This document shows positions 1-12,100 of a DNA stretch of 64,000 bases, in pieces. The position numbers were made by a program, and so were the translations under genes. The stretch lies in assembly GCA_032718475.1 (NCBI GenBank), contig JAUCBJ010007231.1, positions 36,742 to 100,741 of the forward strand, in the 5' to 3' direction. How positions within the stretch are numbered: the first letter of the stretch is position 1; the number at the start of each line of letters is the position of its first letter. The notes under the pieces were generated by a model. That model saw only the letters and a program-made list of their open reading frames with translations. It had not been told where the DNA came from and ran no database searches. This stretch comes from Nemertoderma westbladi. Taxonomy: Eukaryota > Animalia > Xenacoelomorpha.

Positions 1-132
1 ATACTACCAAGGTAGGGTGCTGTCATATTGACCCACGGTTCGATATTAATACTACCGGGGAGGGTGCAGTCATATTGACCCACGGTTCGATATTAATACT
101 ACCGAGGAGGGTGCTGTCAATGTTCGATATTA
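1..132. repeat. ~47-bp tandem repeat (about 3 copies, cut by the window start)
   Basis: Unit atactacc..agggtgc(t/a)gtcatattgacccacggttcgatatta repeats directly. Confidence 0.8.
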
Positions 133-518
133 AGCTGTTATTATATTAACTCTAATTATTATCCGCTTTTGTTGTATTTTGGCCTTCTGTATTAACTTGA
201 TTGATTGATTGATTGATTTATTACTTAGTTTATTTTCTAAGAATTACATCATCATTACTTACCACTGTTAGGTGATGTAACTTTGATGTAACTTTGATGT
301 AACTTTGACATATCCTTCTGTTACAATATAATTATGTGCATTTACCACATTACCACTCTATGACCCGGTTTAACTTATTTTCATATTTTACTAACTATCC
401 GCCCCATAATATATTTATCGTTGTCACCTTTCGTTGTATTAATATATTATATTACCTCATATATTAAATTTACGCCCGCGGCGACCTGCATTGCTATAAT
501 GTTATTTTCCGAGGTACA

Positions 519-992
519 GAGTTTGTACTAGACTAAGTTTCAACTGTTGTATACCAACCTAGAAGTAGTGTTGTACTGGACTAAGTTTCAACTGTTAGTT
601 GTATACCAACCTAGCAGTGTTGTACTGGACTAAGTTTCAACTGTTAGTTGTATACCAACCTAGCAGTGTTGTACTGGACTAAGTTTCAACTGTTAGTTGT
701 ATACCAACCAAGCAGTGTTGTACTGGACTAAGTTTCAACTGTTAGTTGTATACCAACCTAGCAGTGTTGTACTGGACTAAGTTTCAACTGTTAGTTGTAT
801 ACCAACCTAGCAGTGTTGTACTGGACTAAGTTTCAACTGTTAGTTGTATACCAACCAAGCAGTGTTGTACTGGACTAAGTTTCAACTGTTAGTTGTATAC
901 CAACCTAGCAGTGTTGTACTGGACTAACCTTCAACTGTTGTATACCAACCTAGCAGTGTTGTACTGGACTAACCTTCACCTGTTGTATACCA
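519..992. repeat. 49-bp minisatellite, about 10 copies
   Basis: Unit gtgttgtactggactaagtttcaactgttagttgtataccaacctagca; starts at 568 and 617 give period 49. Confidence 0.95.
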
Positions 993-2188
993 AAAAATAA
1001 ACTATTTTATTCTTAATTCGTTACTTTATGGTTTGAATATACCCCAAAATCGAGAAAAAAAGAAGCACTTTTTTCCCTCGGGAAAAACTATCCTATAGGA
1101 TTGCATTGATTTTACTTTGTTCCCGGCGAGAAAGCGAAATAAGAAAATGTGAAAATATTTTTTGTGGAATATCTTAAATTGTATTACAGGAAACAAAAGA
1201 GCATCGCCGTAGAAAAGATTTGGACCTAATTTGAATAAAAACCATCCACGCAATCAAAAGTTACTGTTGGTAGGTATAGTAGTGTCTGTGTGATGGGATC
1301 TGAGATGGCGCAGGTGTGTTTTGTGTCGTGTAATGTACGCGTCGCCGCGTTTCAGTGACTGCAAAAGGCTGAAAGGCCATAGGCCGATATAACAAAAGAG
1401 TTTATAGTTTATCATTGTTAATAATAGCTCATATATATATAGTACCGGTAGTTACAGCACAATCAGTATATAGCACTGGCGACGACGGTCAAAACCGTCT
1501 ATACTTCCACAGTAATTAATAGCCAACTGAACACAATTAATATTGGGTAACGGATTTATACTCACTACATAGAAAGCTTATTACATATTTCTACCTACAT
1601 GTCGACCTACCAATAGATACGCGTTTACTGGACATGTGCTGCCCTGCTATTGGTTGGTTTTCTCCCTTTGCCACTCCCTATTTCCTCTGGCCCTATGCTA
1701 GCTTCATCCTTTAGATGAGTTGGTAACTATCTGCAAGCTAGCATTATATTGTCCTACATTCTTTCTTGGTATGCAATATTATATTGGATATAGGATATTG
1801 CATACTTGGCTGTGATTCGTAAATCACTCTGTTCCATATTCTCTGGGAAACATTCTCTGGGTGGTGTGCAGCAGATGGATTCGCAACAATCTGTGCAGTC
1901 CGATCATAATTATCCAATATTGCTTATTAAAAGGTGGGCCCTTTTACTGACGTCATAAATATTCTAGAACATGTATTGGCATGAGCCATGAGTTGTATGT
2001 AAGCAAGCACTGAGTGTTGTGTACAGTAATTCGAATCCTTGTTCCTTAGCAACGACACAAACATTCAACTGTTCGTATACAGCATATTACCATATAGGGC
2101 TCAGTTTAGGTTATTATTGTCGTACCGGTACATAAGTTGTATTAAAACACCGCTTTAAAACACCATTTATTTAAGAATAAAATTACGT

Positions 2189-2320
2189 ATTACATGGGAT
2201 AAAAACGTAGAACATTTTTTTCACAATTATTCTCTCGGATCTTTATTAATCTCGCTTGCGCTCGGTAGACAAAATACCTCGAGAATAATGAAAAAAGTTC
2301 TACTTTTTTCCCATGCAATA
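2189..2320. mobile_element. Short foldback/MITE-like palindrome
   Basis: Left arm tattacatgggataaaaacgtagaacattttttcac..ttattctc is the imperfect reverse complement of right arm gagaataatgaaaaaagttctacttttttcccatgcaata. Confidence 0.55.
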
Positions 2321-2599
2321 AATAATTATATTCTGTCAGTCTGTATGATGAACGTTTATTTCCCTGTGTACAAAATATACAGTACTATTATTCTGCGGGC
2401 GTTTATTTCCCTGGGCTACTTTATTTCCTTTAAGTTTAACAACAAGCATTAATCATAATTATGAAAAGTCTGAAAGTAACTGAATGTAAGAAATTATTAA
2501 TTAGTTCAATAGGAATCACTATCATTATTAGTAAGGTCTTCAACTGTTATTGGCTGATTTTCCTGATCTCCTTGTTGATCTGGAAGGGGACGGGGGGGG

Positions 2600-3378
2600 G
2601 GGTAGATCCAACCATTGGGAATTGTTCATGGCTAAGGTACTGTACACAGAGGACGCCACTTGTTTTGCTGTGAGCTACTTTTAATTTTCCAATAAGGAAG
2701 TGGTGAAGCTTCTTAGTCCTTCAGTCTATCATCATATATATAATCTTGTACGAGCTGAGCTGCGGCAGCTTTATAGCTGTGATTTAGATTATCCGAAGTA
2801 TCTTCAGAATCGTCAGTGAGTTGGACGTGGACCTGTCGCTGCTGATTATTTCCATGCTCAGCATTATTAACAATATCCTTCTCTACAAGGTGTATTAAGT
2901 CCGATTTGATTGAGCTGATGAAAAAGCTTTCAGTTTAAAACGGTGATCGAGAAGTGTAGCTATGCTATATTCCTTTCCTGTTTCAATATGTATAAAGTGT
3001 CCCCTTGGATCAGTACCACCAAAATAACGATCTAGCTGTGTAAACAGTTCATTCATTATATAGTGGGATTGCCTCTGAAATGATATTTCCCATTCGCATC
3101 GCAGAGACCTCTGCGACAATAGACAATAGATCCTGCACTTTCTTGATAGTGGGCCAGTCGGTGTTTGTTAGACCACGAACCATCTTTTCAGGATTACTGT
3201 CATAATATTCAAGTAAGGCATGCTGGATATGAGTTTTCTCGTGGTTAAATCTACTAAGCATAACATTTATGGTACTACATCGGGTGTCTTCATCTAAATT
3301 GAGACATAGTTCTTCAGAACCCCTTTCCCTTTGGGCCTTGCACAATTCCTCTTTCGCTAAACAACTGCTACGAAACAA
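2600..3378 (-). pseudogene. Degenerate hAT (ZBED-like) transposase fragment
   Basis: Frameshifted ORFs with TRCSTINVMLSRF (cf. TRWNST), DWPTIKKVQDLL and ATLLDHRFK (cf. ATxLDPRFK), plus a PLPYWK dimerisation-domain remnant. Confidence 0.7.
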
Positions 3379-3579
3379 TTTTACTACATCTCAGATGATT
3401 TCGTTTGTGATGGAGAAATTTATATTGATAATTACGTAGCTTTACATAAGGATAGGGACAGATACGGTGGTGGTGTCTGTACTTACTTACATTCGATGTG
3501 ATTTAGCTTTTAATCGTAGGGAAGATTTAGAGACTTGTAACGAGGTTTTACTGGTGGAACTTTTACTTCCTAAAACTAA

Positions 3580-4400
3580 TTGACAGCTGACGAGCTTCAT
3601 AGCACCTTACTGGGTATTGAAGCTGCAGTAAATAGTAGACCTCTAACATGCGTCACTGATGACGCAAGTGATTTACATTCACCATTGACACCAAGTCACT
3701 TCCTAGTAGGTAAACGTCTTTGTACGCTGGTTGATGCGTCTGTACGTGTAACCATACCACTTACTTCTAAAACTAAATTAAGAAACCGAGCACGATATCA
3801 AGAGATAATTAAAAACGAGTGTCAATGGCGTTCAGAATACATCAAAGAATTAGGTTCTCAAAAAGTAGGTGTTTCAATGTTTTGTTTCAATGTTTCAATG
3901 TTTATTTTTACCCTTCAAATAATAATTCAAAATAACAATAACTCAGTATAAAATAGAAATTAACATGAATACATACTATATATGGTAAGGTGACATTTGC
4001 ATCCTACATTCTGAAAGTTTGCCACGCTGCATGTTGAAACTTTGCCAGATAGAAAAACTTATGGTATCACGGGATGGCCATATACGGTCTGCTCGTATCT
4101 GAGTCACCCCTAGAGGGAAAGGAGCTACATCTCTAAATCGATCATTGCGTCAACTCATTCCTCTAGAAATCCAAGAATAAAATGTGTATATTTATGTGTT
4201 TACTTACTTATTCAATTTTTTAGAAAATTTTAGGTTACGGACAGTACTTAATGACGTTTTAGATACTGTAGTTTCAATTTTGTTTATTAATGACACAACA
4301 TTGCTAAGATGGTTGATTTACAACAGTACTGCTTATACACACACCACTCACATCCACAAAAGGGGGACCGTTGGGTGTAGACTGTTGTCTACGGGGGGAG
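3580..4400 (+). mobile_element. BEL/Pao LTR retrotransposon 3' fragment (integrase C-terminus and PPT), interrupted at ~3871-4230
   Basis: ORF 3580-3951 has ELHSTLLGIEAAVNSRPLT..LTPSHFLVG, typical of BEL integrase; polypurine tract ggggggag at 4393-4400. Confidence 0.8.
3871..4230 (-). mobile_element. Short 5'-truncated LINE 3' end inside the BEL fragment
   Basis: On - strand aataaa followed by a (cattgaaa)n tail; taggt repeated at 3866-3870 and 4231-4235 as a possible TSD. Confidence 0.45.
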
Positions 4401-4823
4401 TGTTATAGAATAAGCTATATTTATAAATTAGCACCCTCGCAAATATTGTGTTACTGTATGTAGTGCGTACAGTACAAAAGGGGAATTTTGTGTTTTTAGT
4501 TTTATATATATACTGTATGTGTTGTGATTTACGCGTTTACTGGTACTACAATTAGTTGTCATGTTGCAATCTGTTGTCACGGTTTATGTTACAGTGTTAG
4601 TACTTGTCTGTCCGTTAACAATGTCTGCAACGCATACCGCAGTACAACAGTACAGTGCAGCTGTGATATTGCTACTGCATTTACTGTAACACGGTCTGAT
4701 TCACTAACTGTATTCGATTTAATTGTACGTTTAAACTGCAATTATTGTAACAAGTGACAGATTGAAGGAGAAACTTTCCTTTTTTGCACCCGAACCCAAT
4801 GGAATAGAACCAATTCCACAACA
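4401..4823 (+). mobile_element. 3' LTR of the BEL element
   Basis: Starts TGTT right after the PPT and ends AACA exactly where the interrupted LINE endonuclease frame resumes. Confidence 0.75.
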
Positions 4824-5198
4824 CCTATTTTAATCGGCACCTTATATCGGCCCCGATTTTGATATCTGTTACCATCACAAAGCATCCCCCATCTGTAAAC
4901 AGTACCAAAGTATTTTAAATTTGTTTGGTTTAAAACAAATTATTTGAGATTCTACCATAATTACCAGTAAAACTTCTACTTTACTAGATCACATCCTTTG
5001 TAATAATACCGATATTATTTCTCAATCTGGGGTTTTACCTATAGGTCTAAGCGATCACTTTATAGTTTTTTGCACAAGAAAGACACAAAAATCTTTTTTC
5101 GGCGATCATAAAACAGTAACAGTTAGGTCTATGAATAATTACAGCAAGGAACGCTTTTTAAGTTTGTTAGTTAATTCTGACTGGGAACCCTGTTTTAA

Positions 5199-6872
5199 GG
5201 GGGGAGGGGGGGGGGGGGGGGTACACCCCCCTATGGACCATTTTTGCAAATGGCTATAATTTCTGCTTGTGTGTAGTTTTGTATATTTTATACCTTTCGG
5301 GGGATTAACATATGGCCAAAGATTGGGTTCAAACAAAATTGTCAAATTTGCGTCGCCCTCTAGCGGCCACCAGCGAAATTGTTAATTTCACTAAAAACAC
5401 TACTACTCTCACAATTTTGGGTGAAAATTTTCGAAACTTGGATTTTCTGAATCAGCATCCTCGGCTCCACAAAACTTATCCTTTACATTTTTTATTTAGG
5501 TCTTAAATATTTTTAAATATTATTAACTAATATTAATTATTATTTAATAGATATTAACTAATTTCAAGAAATTAATATGGCACAATTCAAAATTCTAACC
5601 GATAACTTTTGATCAAAACCCGAAAAGAAATCAAACAAAAAAAAAATTTCGAAAATTGGTTAAGAAATGGCTGAGTAGTAGTATTTTGAATGTGAAAAAT
5701 ACAATTCCGAGATAAACGCATTTAAAGTTTAAGAACAATATATTTCAAATGTTCCCGCTATTTTCAGTACTGGTATCTCCTTTTCTTTTCCCATTGGTTA
5801 TCCCCTATCCATATTTTGTGATTTTTCAATGGATTTCATGAAATTTGGTTCAAAAAAACCCCTACCCACTTTTAACAACCTGTTTAAATAATTTTAGAGT
5901 GCTTGCCAAAAAACACTTCGCGCAGCACGTGAACAAATTTCATTTTGGCGTATTAATTTGATCGCATACTATTTCATCATTTAGTAATAAATAGTCATGG
6001 AATAATGAGACAACCTTAAGAAACATTCAAAATTATATAAAAAATTCCACATAATTTTATAATAAGCCTTTACACAGAACATTAAGGTTTGCTCAGCACG
6101 TGAAACCTTCGCGCAGCACGTGAGACATTTGCGCAGCAGGTGAAGGTTTCACGTAGCACTTAAATTCTTCACAATGCACGTTAATTAATCGAGCACCTCG
6201 GAAAGCTTTTTATTTTGATCAGAATGAGAAGCCTTCACGCGGCACATGAAAAGTTCATGCAGCACATGAAGACTTCGCGCAGCACGTGAATTATTCTCGC
6301 CTGCGGAATTAAAAAAAAATAAGTTTATGGTTGTTTCCCAGAATTATTATTACTAGCTATTGTTATATGATGGTTCACATTTGTTATTACTAGTAGACAA
6401 CAAGTCCATTAGACAACTGTTCAATATGTAATACAAAACTCACAAATATCTATTAAATATATATTAATAAAAATTTGACGGAGATGTTGACAGACTGACA
6501 GACATACAAACAGACAGACAGACAGACAGACAAACTGAGAGACAGACTGATATACAGACATACAGTAGTGATTAGATAATTCCAAATATGAAAACAGACA
6601 TCGACATTAAGAAAAATCCTAACAGCAAACATTTCAGATTGCTTATTTTATGCCCTTTTCAATATTTCGATGGACAGACAGACAGACATACAGACGGAAA
6701 ACCAGCCATTACTCGAGAAGTAAAAGAGATCTCGCTAAGCCGTTTCCAGATTTGAAATCCGCATTAAATTCTACTCTAGATGAAATAAAAAAACAAAAAA
6801 CCTGAACAAAAAACAGTTGACCTGAGGGGAGGGGGGGTGTACCACCCCCCCCCCCCCCCCCCCCCCCCTCCC
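5199..6872. mobile_element. Non-autonomous Kolobok-type DNA transposon with TTAA TSD
   Basis: TTAA at 5195-5198 and 6873-6876; poly-G/poly-C inverted termini; subterminal similarity to the transposase-bearing element at 46990; internal ttcgcgcagcacgtgaa and (gaca)n repeats. Confidence 0.85.
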
Positions 6873-6907
6873 TTAAGGCCGCTGACATTATTAACCTTGC
6901 GTACACT

Positions 6908-6908
<1 letters not shown>

Positions 6909-6942
<34 letters not shown>

Positions 6943-9219
6943 ATTCATATTCAAACTGCATTGTGTAATCATTATCAATAATTGCACAAAAACAGGCAGT
7001 TACACAAGGTAACTGGTAATAATGAATATACGTCAGACTGGCCCGCCCAGACATTTAATGTTGGGTTCTACAGTATGTATATAAACTTACTCTAATCCCT
7101 AATGAATTACTACACCCCTAGCTAGATATTGCACAAATTATATTATAATATATGAATCACTGAGTGTACACAATTTACGAGATGCTATGAAAAAAAGGTA
7201 ATTGTTTTTTGCGTTATGTTGTATCATCCCGGTGGTACTGAGTTAGGTAATGTTTTTTTAGGGTTGCATTAAATTCTTTCAAGTGTTGGTATTGGGAAGT
7301 TACTGCCTGTGGTAGTTCATTCCACATTTGTATTAATTTATATGTTAATGATGTATGACCGTAATAATTTTTAGTTTTTGGCATTTTGATTTTAAATGTT
7401 CGTGGGTTTATTTGTTTGTTTTCATTTTTTAAGAATGGTAGGTCGAGATGTTTGAATGGTTCTGCTATTCCTAGTAAATATTTGTGTAAAAAGGTGATGC
7501 CGTAGTATTCGCGAGATGCATAAAGAGTTGGAATTTTAGCTTTTGTGCGAAGTTCGGTAGCAGAACAATCTTTTGGTTTTTTGCTAAATATGCAACGTAG
7601 TGCTAAGTTCTGCATTTTTTCCAAACGGTACAGTATTTTTTTGTGTCCATATTCGTTGTGTAAAGATAACAGCAGCTGGCAACAATAATTATGGTATGGT
7701 AAAACCAATGCTTTATATAAAGTAATTTTCGTTTTTAGTGGTAATTGCCCTTTAATTTTTCTTAGACCCGAAATTGCCATACCCATTTTACTAATAACTG
7801 AATCAATCTGCTCTTTCCATTCTAGTTTATTGTCTATTTTTATACCTAAATATCGTACGCTAGTCGATTGTTCTATTATACATTCTTCGTTTAATTTAAT
7901 TTTTATTTGTGGAATATTATTGTCTATATTTTTATGTGGATGTAGAAGTAAAAGTTCTGTTTTATCTGGATTAACTTGAAGACTGTATGCCTGGAAAATG
8001 TTTGAAATATTATGTATGATGTTTTTTAATTCGCTTGCTAAGTAGACCGGATCTTTTCCTGATATATATATGGCTGTGTCGTCAGCGTATTGTACCATGG
8101 ACGTATTTTTAGTTACTAGAGATGGCATAGTGTTAGTATAGAGTGTGTACATTAAAGGCCCCATTAGGGTACCTTGAGGGACACCCCTTTTTTCGGTCAA
8201 ATATGTCGAAGAAATGTTTCCGATTTTAACTTTCTGTTTGCGGTCTGAGAGGTAATTTTTAATTAATTTTAAAGCCGTTGAATTAAATCCTAATGAATCG
8301 AGCTCTTTTAGTAAAGTATCGTGTCTGAGAGAGTTAAAGGCCTTGCTGAGGTCGAGGAACGCCACGGCAACATACTTACCTTGGTTGAGTTCAGCTCTCC
8401 ACTGCTCCGTAGCGTACGTAATGGCGTCTAATGTAGAATATTTCTTTCGAAAGCCGAACTGGTATGGATTTAGTAGGTTATTTTGATACAAATATGTATT
8501 AATTTGATTAACTAAATGACGTTCGAATATTTTTGCTATTGGTTGAGTAACTGCTATAGGTCTGTAGTTAGCTGGATCTAGATGGTTCTCCTTTTTATAT
8601 ATTGGTGTTATTTGTGATATTTTTAATGAGCTGGGAAATTTTGATTGTGTTATACAATTATTAAAGATAGCTGTGAGGGGTTCACATATGTGTGGTGACA
8701 TTAATTTGAATATTTTAATTGGAATATCAGAAGGTCCAGATGACTTTGAGACATTTAGCTTATTAATTATTTCATACATTTGTAGTGATGTAACAGTATT
8801 GAAACTAAAGGAGGGCCCATTGTTTGGCGATGATTGCATTGGTTTTTGATGGTTTTGGATTTCACTAAATATGTTGTTTACCTTTGTAAAATCCCCTATA
8901 TCTATGTAGACTTCATTAAATACCCGCGCAATTTCTGTTGGATCTGTATAAAATATTCCCTTGTATTTGATTTCTGATATATTATTTCTTTCAGTTGATT
9001 TATTTAGTATTTGATTTATTACTTTCCACCGCCCCTTACTTGTAGTGCATGTTGCATATGTGTTATTGACATATTGGTTTTTTAATTTTTTATTTAGATT
9101 GTTAAACTTGTTTCTGGCTTTTTTAAATAACTTGAAATCGTTTTCGAAGTTAGTTTCCCGCCATTTAGCAAATAAGATATATTTTTCTTTACGAAGAACT
9201 TCTAACAACTCGTTTGACC
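6909..9219 (-). mobile_element. Young 5'-truncated CR1/L2-group (Crack/Daphne-like) LINE with poly(A) tail
   Basis: 30-nt poly(T) at 6909-6938, ~275-bp 3' UTR, uninterrupted RT ORF 7214-9208. Confidence 0.9.
7214..9208 (-). CDS. Non-LTR reverse transcriptase (N-truncated ORF2, 664 aa, no stops)
   Basis: NYRPIAV, QFGFR, FLDLSKAF, GVPQGTLMGP, YADD, VRYLGI motifs. Confidence 0.9.
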   Translation of the reverse strand: MLEVLRKEKYILFAKWRETNFENDFKLFKKARNKFNNLNKKLKNQYVNNTYATCTTSKGRWKVINQILNKSTERNNISEIKYKGIFYTDPTEIARVFNEVYIDIGDFTKVNNIFSEIQNHQKPMQSSPNNGPSFSFNTVTSLQMYEIINKLNVSKSSGPSDIPIKIFKLMSPHICEPLTAIFNNCITQSKFPSSLKISQITPIYKKENHLDPANYRPIAVTQPIAKIFERHLVNQINTYLYQNNLLNPYQFGFRKKYSTLDAITYATEQWRAELNQGKYVAVAFLDLSKAFNSLRHDTLLKELDSLGFNSTALKLIKNYLSDRKQKVKIGNISSTYLTEKRGVPQGTLMGPLMYTLYTNTMPSLVTKNTSMVQYADDTAIYISGKDPVYLASELKNIIHNISNIFQAYSLQVNPDKTELLLLHPHKNIDNNIPQIKIKLNEECIIEQSTSVRYLGIKIDNKLEWKEQIDSVISKMGMAISGLRKIKGQLPLKTKITLYKALVLPYHNYCCQLLLSLHNEYGHKKILYRLEKMQNLALRCIFSKKPKDCSATELRTKAKIPTLYASREYYGITFLHKYLLGIAEPFKHLDLPFLKNENKQINPRTFKIKMPKTKNYYGHTSLTYKLIQMWNELPQAVTSQYQHLKEFNATLKKHYLTQYHRDDTT

Positions 9220-10717
9220 ATTCGTTTTAAAGATATATTTCTAAAGGCACTTAATACTGTAGCACCAATTATTAAAGAAATTAGTCTTAAACAACGCACT
9301 GAGCCCTGCATGTCCTCGGGTATTCTTAGTAATATCAGAGAAAGATATAACTATTTGTATAAATTTAGGAAATACCGTGTTTTAGCTGATTATAATAATT
9401 ACTGCAAATATAGAAACCTTGTCCAACGGGAAGTAAAAAAAGCGAAATCTGAATATTTGTACAACAAAATAAGTGAGAATAAAGATAATCCTAAAAGTCT
9501 ATGGTCTACCCTAAAATCTTTAGGTTATAAAAACCTTAAATCTTTATCGAATATTGTTCTGCAAGATAACGGTGAGCTGATTCATGATCATACTCTAGTT
9601 AATAATTTATTTCATAATTATTTTACTAATGTTGCCTCTAATTTAGTTAAGAAGTTACCGTTATCAAGTAATAAATATAGTATAGGGTCCGAAACTCTAA
9701 ATAATTTTTATTTAGAAAAGTTACAAAATTCAGAAAAGTTATTTTTAAAACCCGTTTCTGAGGATTTCGTTTTTCAAAATCTACTTAGCCTATCAGCCTC
9801 AAAAAGTACCGGTCTCGACCTAATACCTGCCCGTTTTCTTAAGGATGGTGCTGAAGTACTTAAAGTGCCTATTACTTTTATTATTAATTACTCTATCGTA
9901 GATATTGTAGTACCAGACGAACTGAAATTAGCTAAGGTTGTTCCTCTGTATAAAAAGAATAGTTAAGTATTGTTATCGTAGATAATGTAGTACCAGACGA
10001 ACTGAAATTAGCTAAGGTTGTTCCTCTGTATAAAAAGAATAGCCTTGATCTAACAGGTAGGACTTGAACCAGTCTATAGAACCTACGCTCATCAGGCCTA
10101 ACTTAAAATTACTAAAGTTACTAAAGTTAAAGTTACTAAAATTCTACAACGTTCTGTTTTTCTACAGCTGGAAGCACATCTTAGTAGGCTAAATCTGATC
10201 TATAAACTTCAGTCCGGTTTTCGTAAATCATATTCTACAGACACCTGCCTTATTAACTTAACTGATACAATTAGATGTAATAACGCAAAGGGTTTATATA
10301 CTGGTATGGTAATGTTGGACCTACAAAAGGCTTTCGATACTGTAGATCACGAAATTCTGCTTGGTAAGTTAGGCCTGATGGGTGTAGGTTCTATAGACTG
10401 GTTCAAGTCCTACCTGTCAGACAGAGGTCAAACTGTAGTCATTAGCAAATCGCAGTCTACTGTACAAGAGATTACCTGTGGTGTACCGCAAGGTAGTATA
10501 TTAGGTCCTCTGCTTTTTGTCTGCTATGTAAATGATACGATAAGTAGTATAGATCCCGATTTAAAACTCATTTTATATGCCGACGACAGTGCTCTTATTT
10601 TCTCTCATAAAGATCCTATCCATATTTCCCAAAAGTTAAGTGCAGTTCTAGAATCCTGTAATGAGTGGTTGGTTGATAATAAGCTATCCATTCACTACGG
10701 TAAGACTGAAAGTATTT

Positions 10718-11003
10718 AAAAAAGTAAAAGTAAAAAAGTAAATTTTCTTCGGCCGCTAGGCCAGGGATTACGCACAAAGTCTGACGACGTATTTCCAGTG
10801 CGGTCCCCCCAGAACTTTACTCCCCAGAGGAAACTCCAGTACTCATTTAGCTACCACTTAAGGATGTAAGGCAGAGATGTGCCCTGGCTGGTCCCTTTAA
10901 AGCATTCGTGCCGAAACGAAAACTGCCCTGGCCCATGTGAGGATCGAACCCACGACCTACAGGAGATGTGAATTCAATGCAACCACTACACCAAGGTGGA
11001 ACC
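10718..11003 (-). mobile_element. tRNA-derived SINE, copy 1
   Basis: Reverse complement of the element at 15006-15282; A box tggtgtagtgg, B box ggttcgatcc, (tactt)n-like tail. Confidence 0.9.
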
Positions 11004-11377
11004 TGTTTCGATTTCGTTTGGTTCCAAAAGAAAGTTAAAGAAGGTAACTAAGTTTGAAGTCACTAGTAATGGACATAAGATTGAAAATAAAAAGGAAGTT
11101 AAATATTTAGGCGCCACATTGGATAACTGCTTATCAGGAGAAAGCACAGCAAAAAATATTTTCTCGAAAGTTAACAGTAGGCTTAGGTTTCTATACAGAA
11201 ATAAAAATAGTTTAAACATCGACTCCCGCAAGTTACTTTGCTTTTCTTTGTATGAAGGCTTAACCAAACAGCTTAAATGTAAATTACAAGTAGCTCAGAA
11301 TAAAGTAGTACGATTTATTAAAGACTTCAAACCTAGGCACCGCCTAACTCCAGATGACTTTTCCGAATCTGGTCTAC

Positions 11378-12100
11378 TGAACAGGCAGTACTCTGTTAAT
11401 CTACAGGAGCTAATAAACCAACAGGTTGATGCCATCAATGATGCCGACAACAGCAGGCAATCATCCCAGGCATGGAAATCGATCAACTTGCTTACTGGGC
11501 GAAAAAGCCAACCAACCACCAAGGTTAAGGCTGAATCACCAGCCGATCGCCTCAATGGTTGGAAAGCCCACTTTGAAAAGCTCCTCAATAATGACAGGGT
11601 ATTGCCTGATAACTTTATAGAAGTAAAAGTGTCTGAGTCTGTTCTCCCAGATATTCCCATTGGCGATATCTCCTTTGCAGAAGTGAAGGCTGCTGCAAAG
11701 AGCATTAAGACGAATCGTGCAAGTGGAGTAGATGGTGTTCCCCCTGAGGTCTTTAAATTACCTGAGTGTTTAAAGCTCATCTATCCCATCATAGTAGACA
11801 TGTACCGAACAACAAGAGTCCCACAAGAAATGAAAACAAATAAGTTGGTGCCAGTTCCCAAGAAGGGCAACCTAACACTCTATGGTTCTTTTCGGGGAAT
11901 CTCATTGATCTCAATTGCTGCAAAGCTATACAATAGAATTATATTAAATCGCATCAGGGATCCCATTGAGAGACTGCTCTGTGGAAATCAGAATGGGTTC
12001 CGTAAAGGTCGTGGGACCATGGAGCCCATTTTGGCACTTAGAAGGATAATTGAAGAATTATCAAAAAAGAAAGACAGGCATCTGGCTGTTATTATATTCT
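11378..12100 (+). mobile_element. RTE-clade LINE fragment (family A, N-terminal RT region)
   Basis: VPVPKKGNL..FRGISLISIAAKLYN..QNGFRKGR; closely similar to 38219-38660. Confidence 0.85.

Larger units (their letters stand above)
3385..11377 (+). mobile_element. Old CR1/L2-group LINE ORF2 (EN+RT) split by nested insertions: pieces 3385-3579, 4824-5198, 6877-6908, 9220-10717, 11004-11377
   Basis: EN peptides DRDRYGGGV..VELLLPKT / PILIGTLYRP..LLDHIL..GLSDHF continue across insertions; RT motifs [31 protein letters not shown]. Confidence 0.85.

Noticed and set aside
519-992. Possible CRISPR array (also 63483-64000 and 56276-56419)
   Set aside because: No unique spacers and no cas genes, in a eukaryotic context; these are plain minisatellites.
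10085-10098. CTGATGAG on - strand as a hammerhead
   Set aside because: No GAAA or stems; it arises from a point change in an inverted copy of RT coding sequence.
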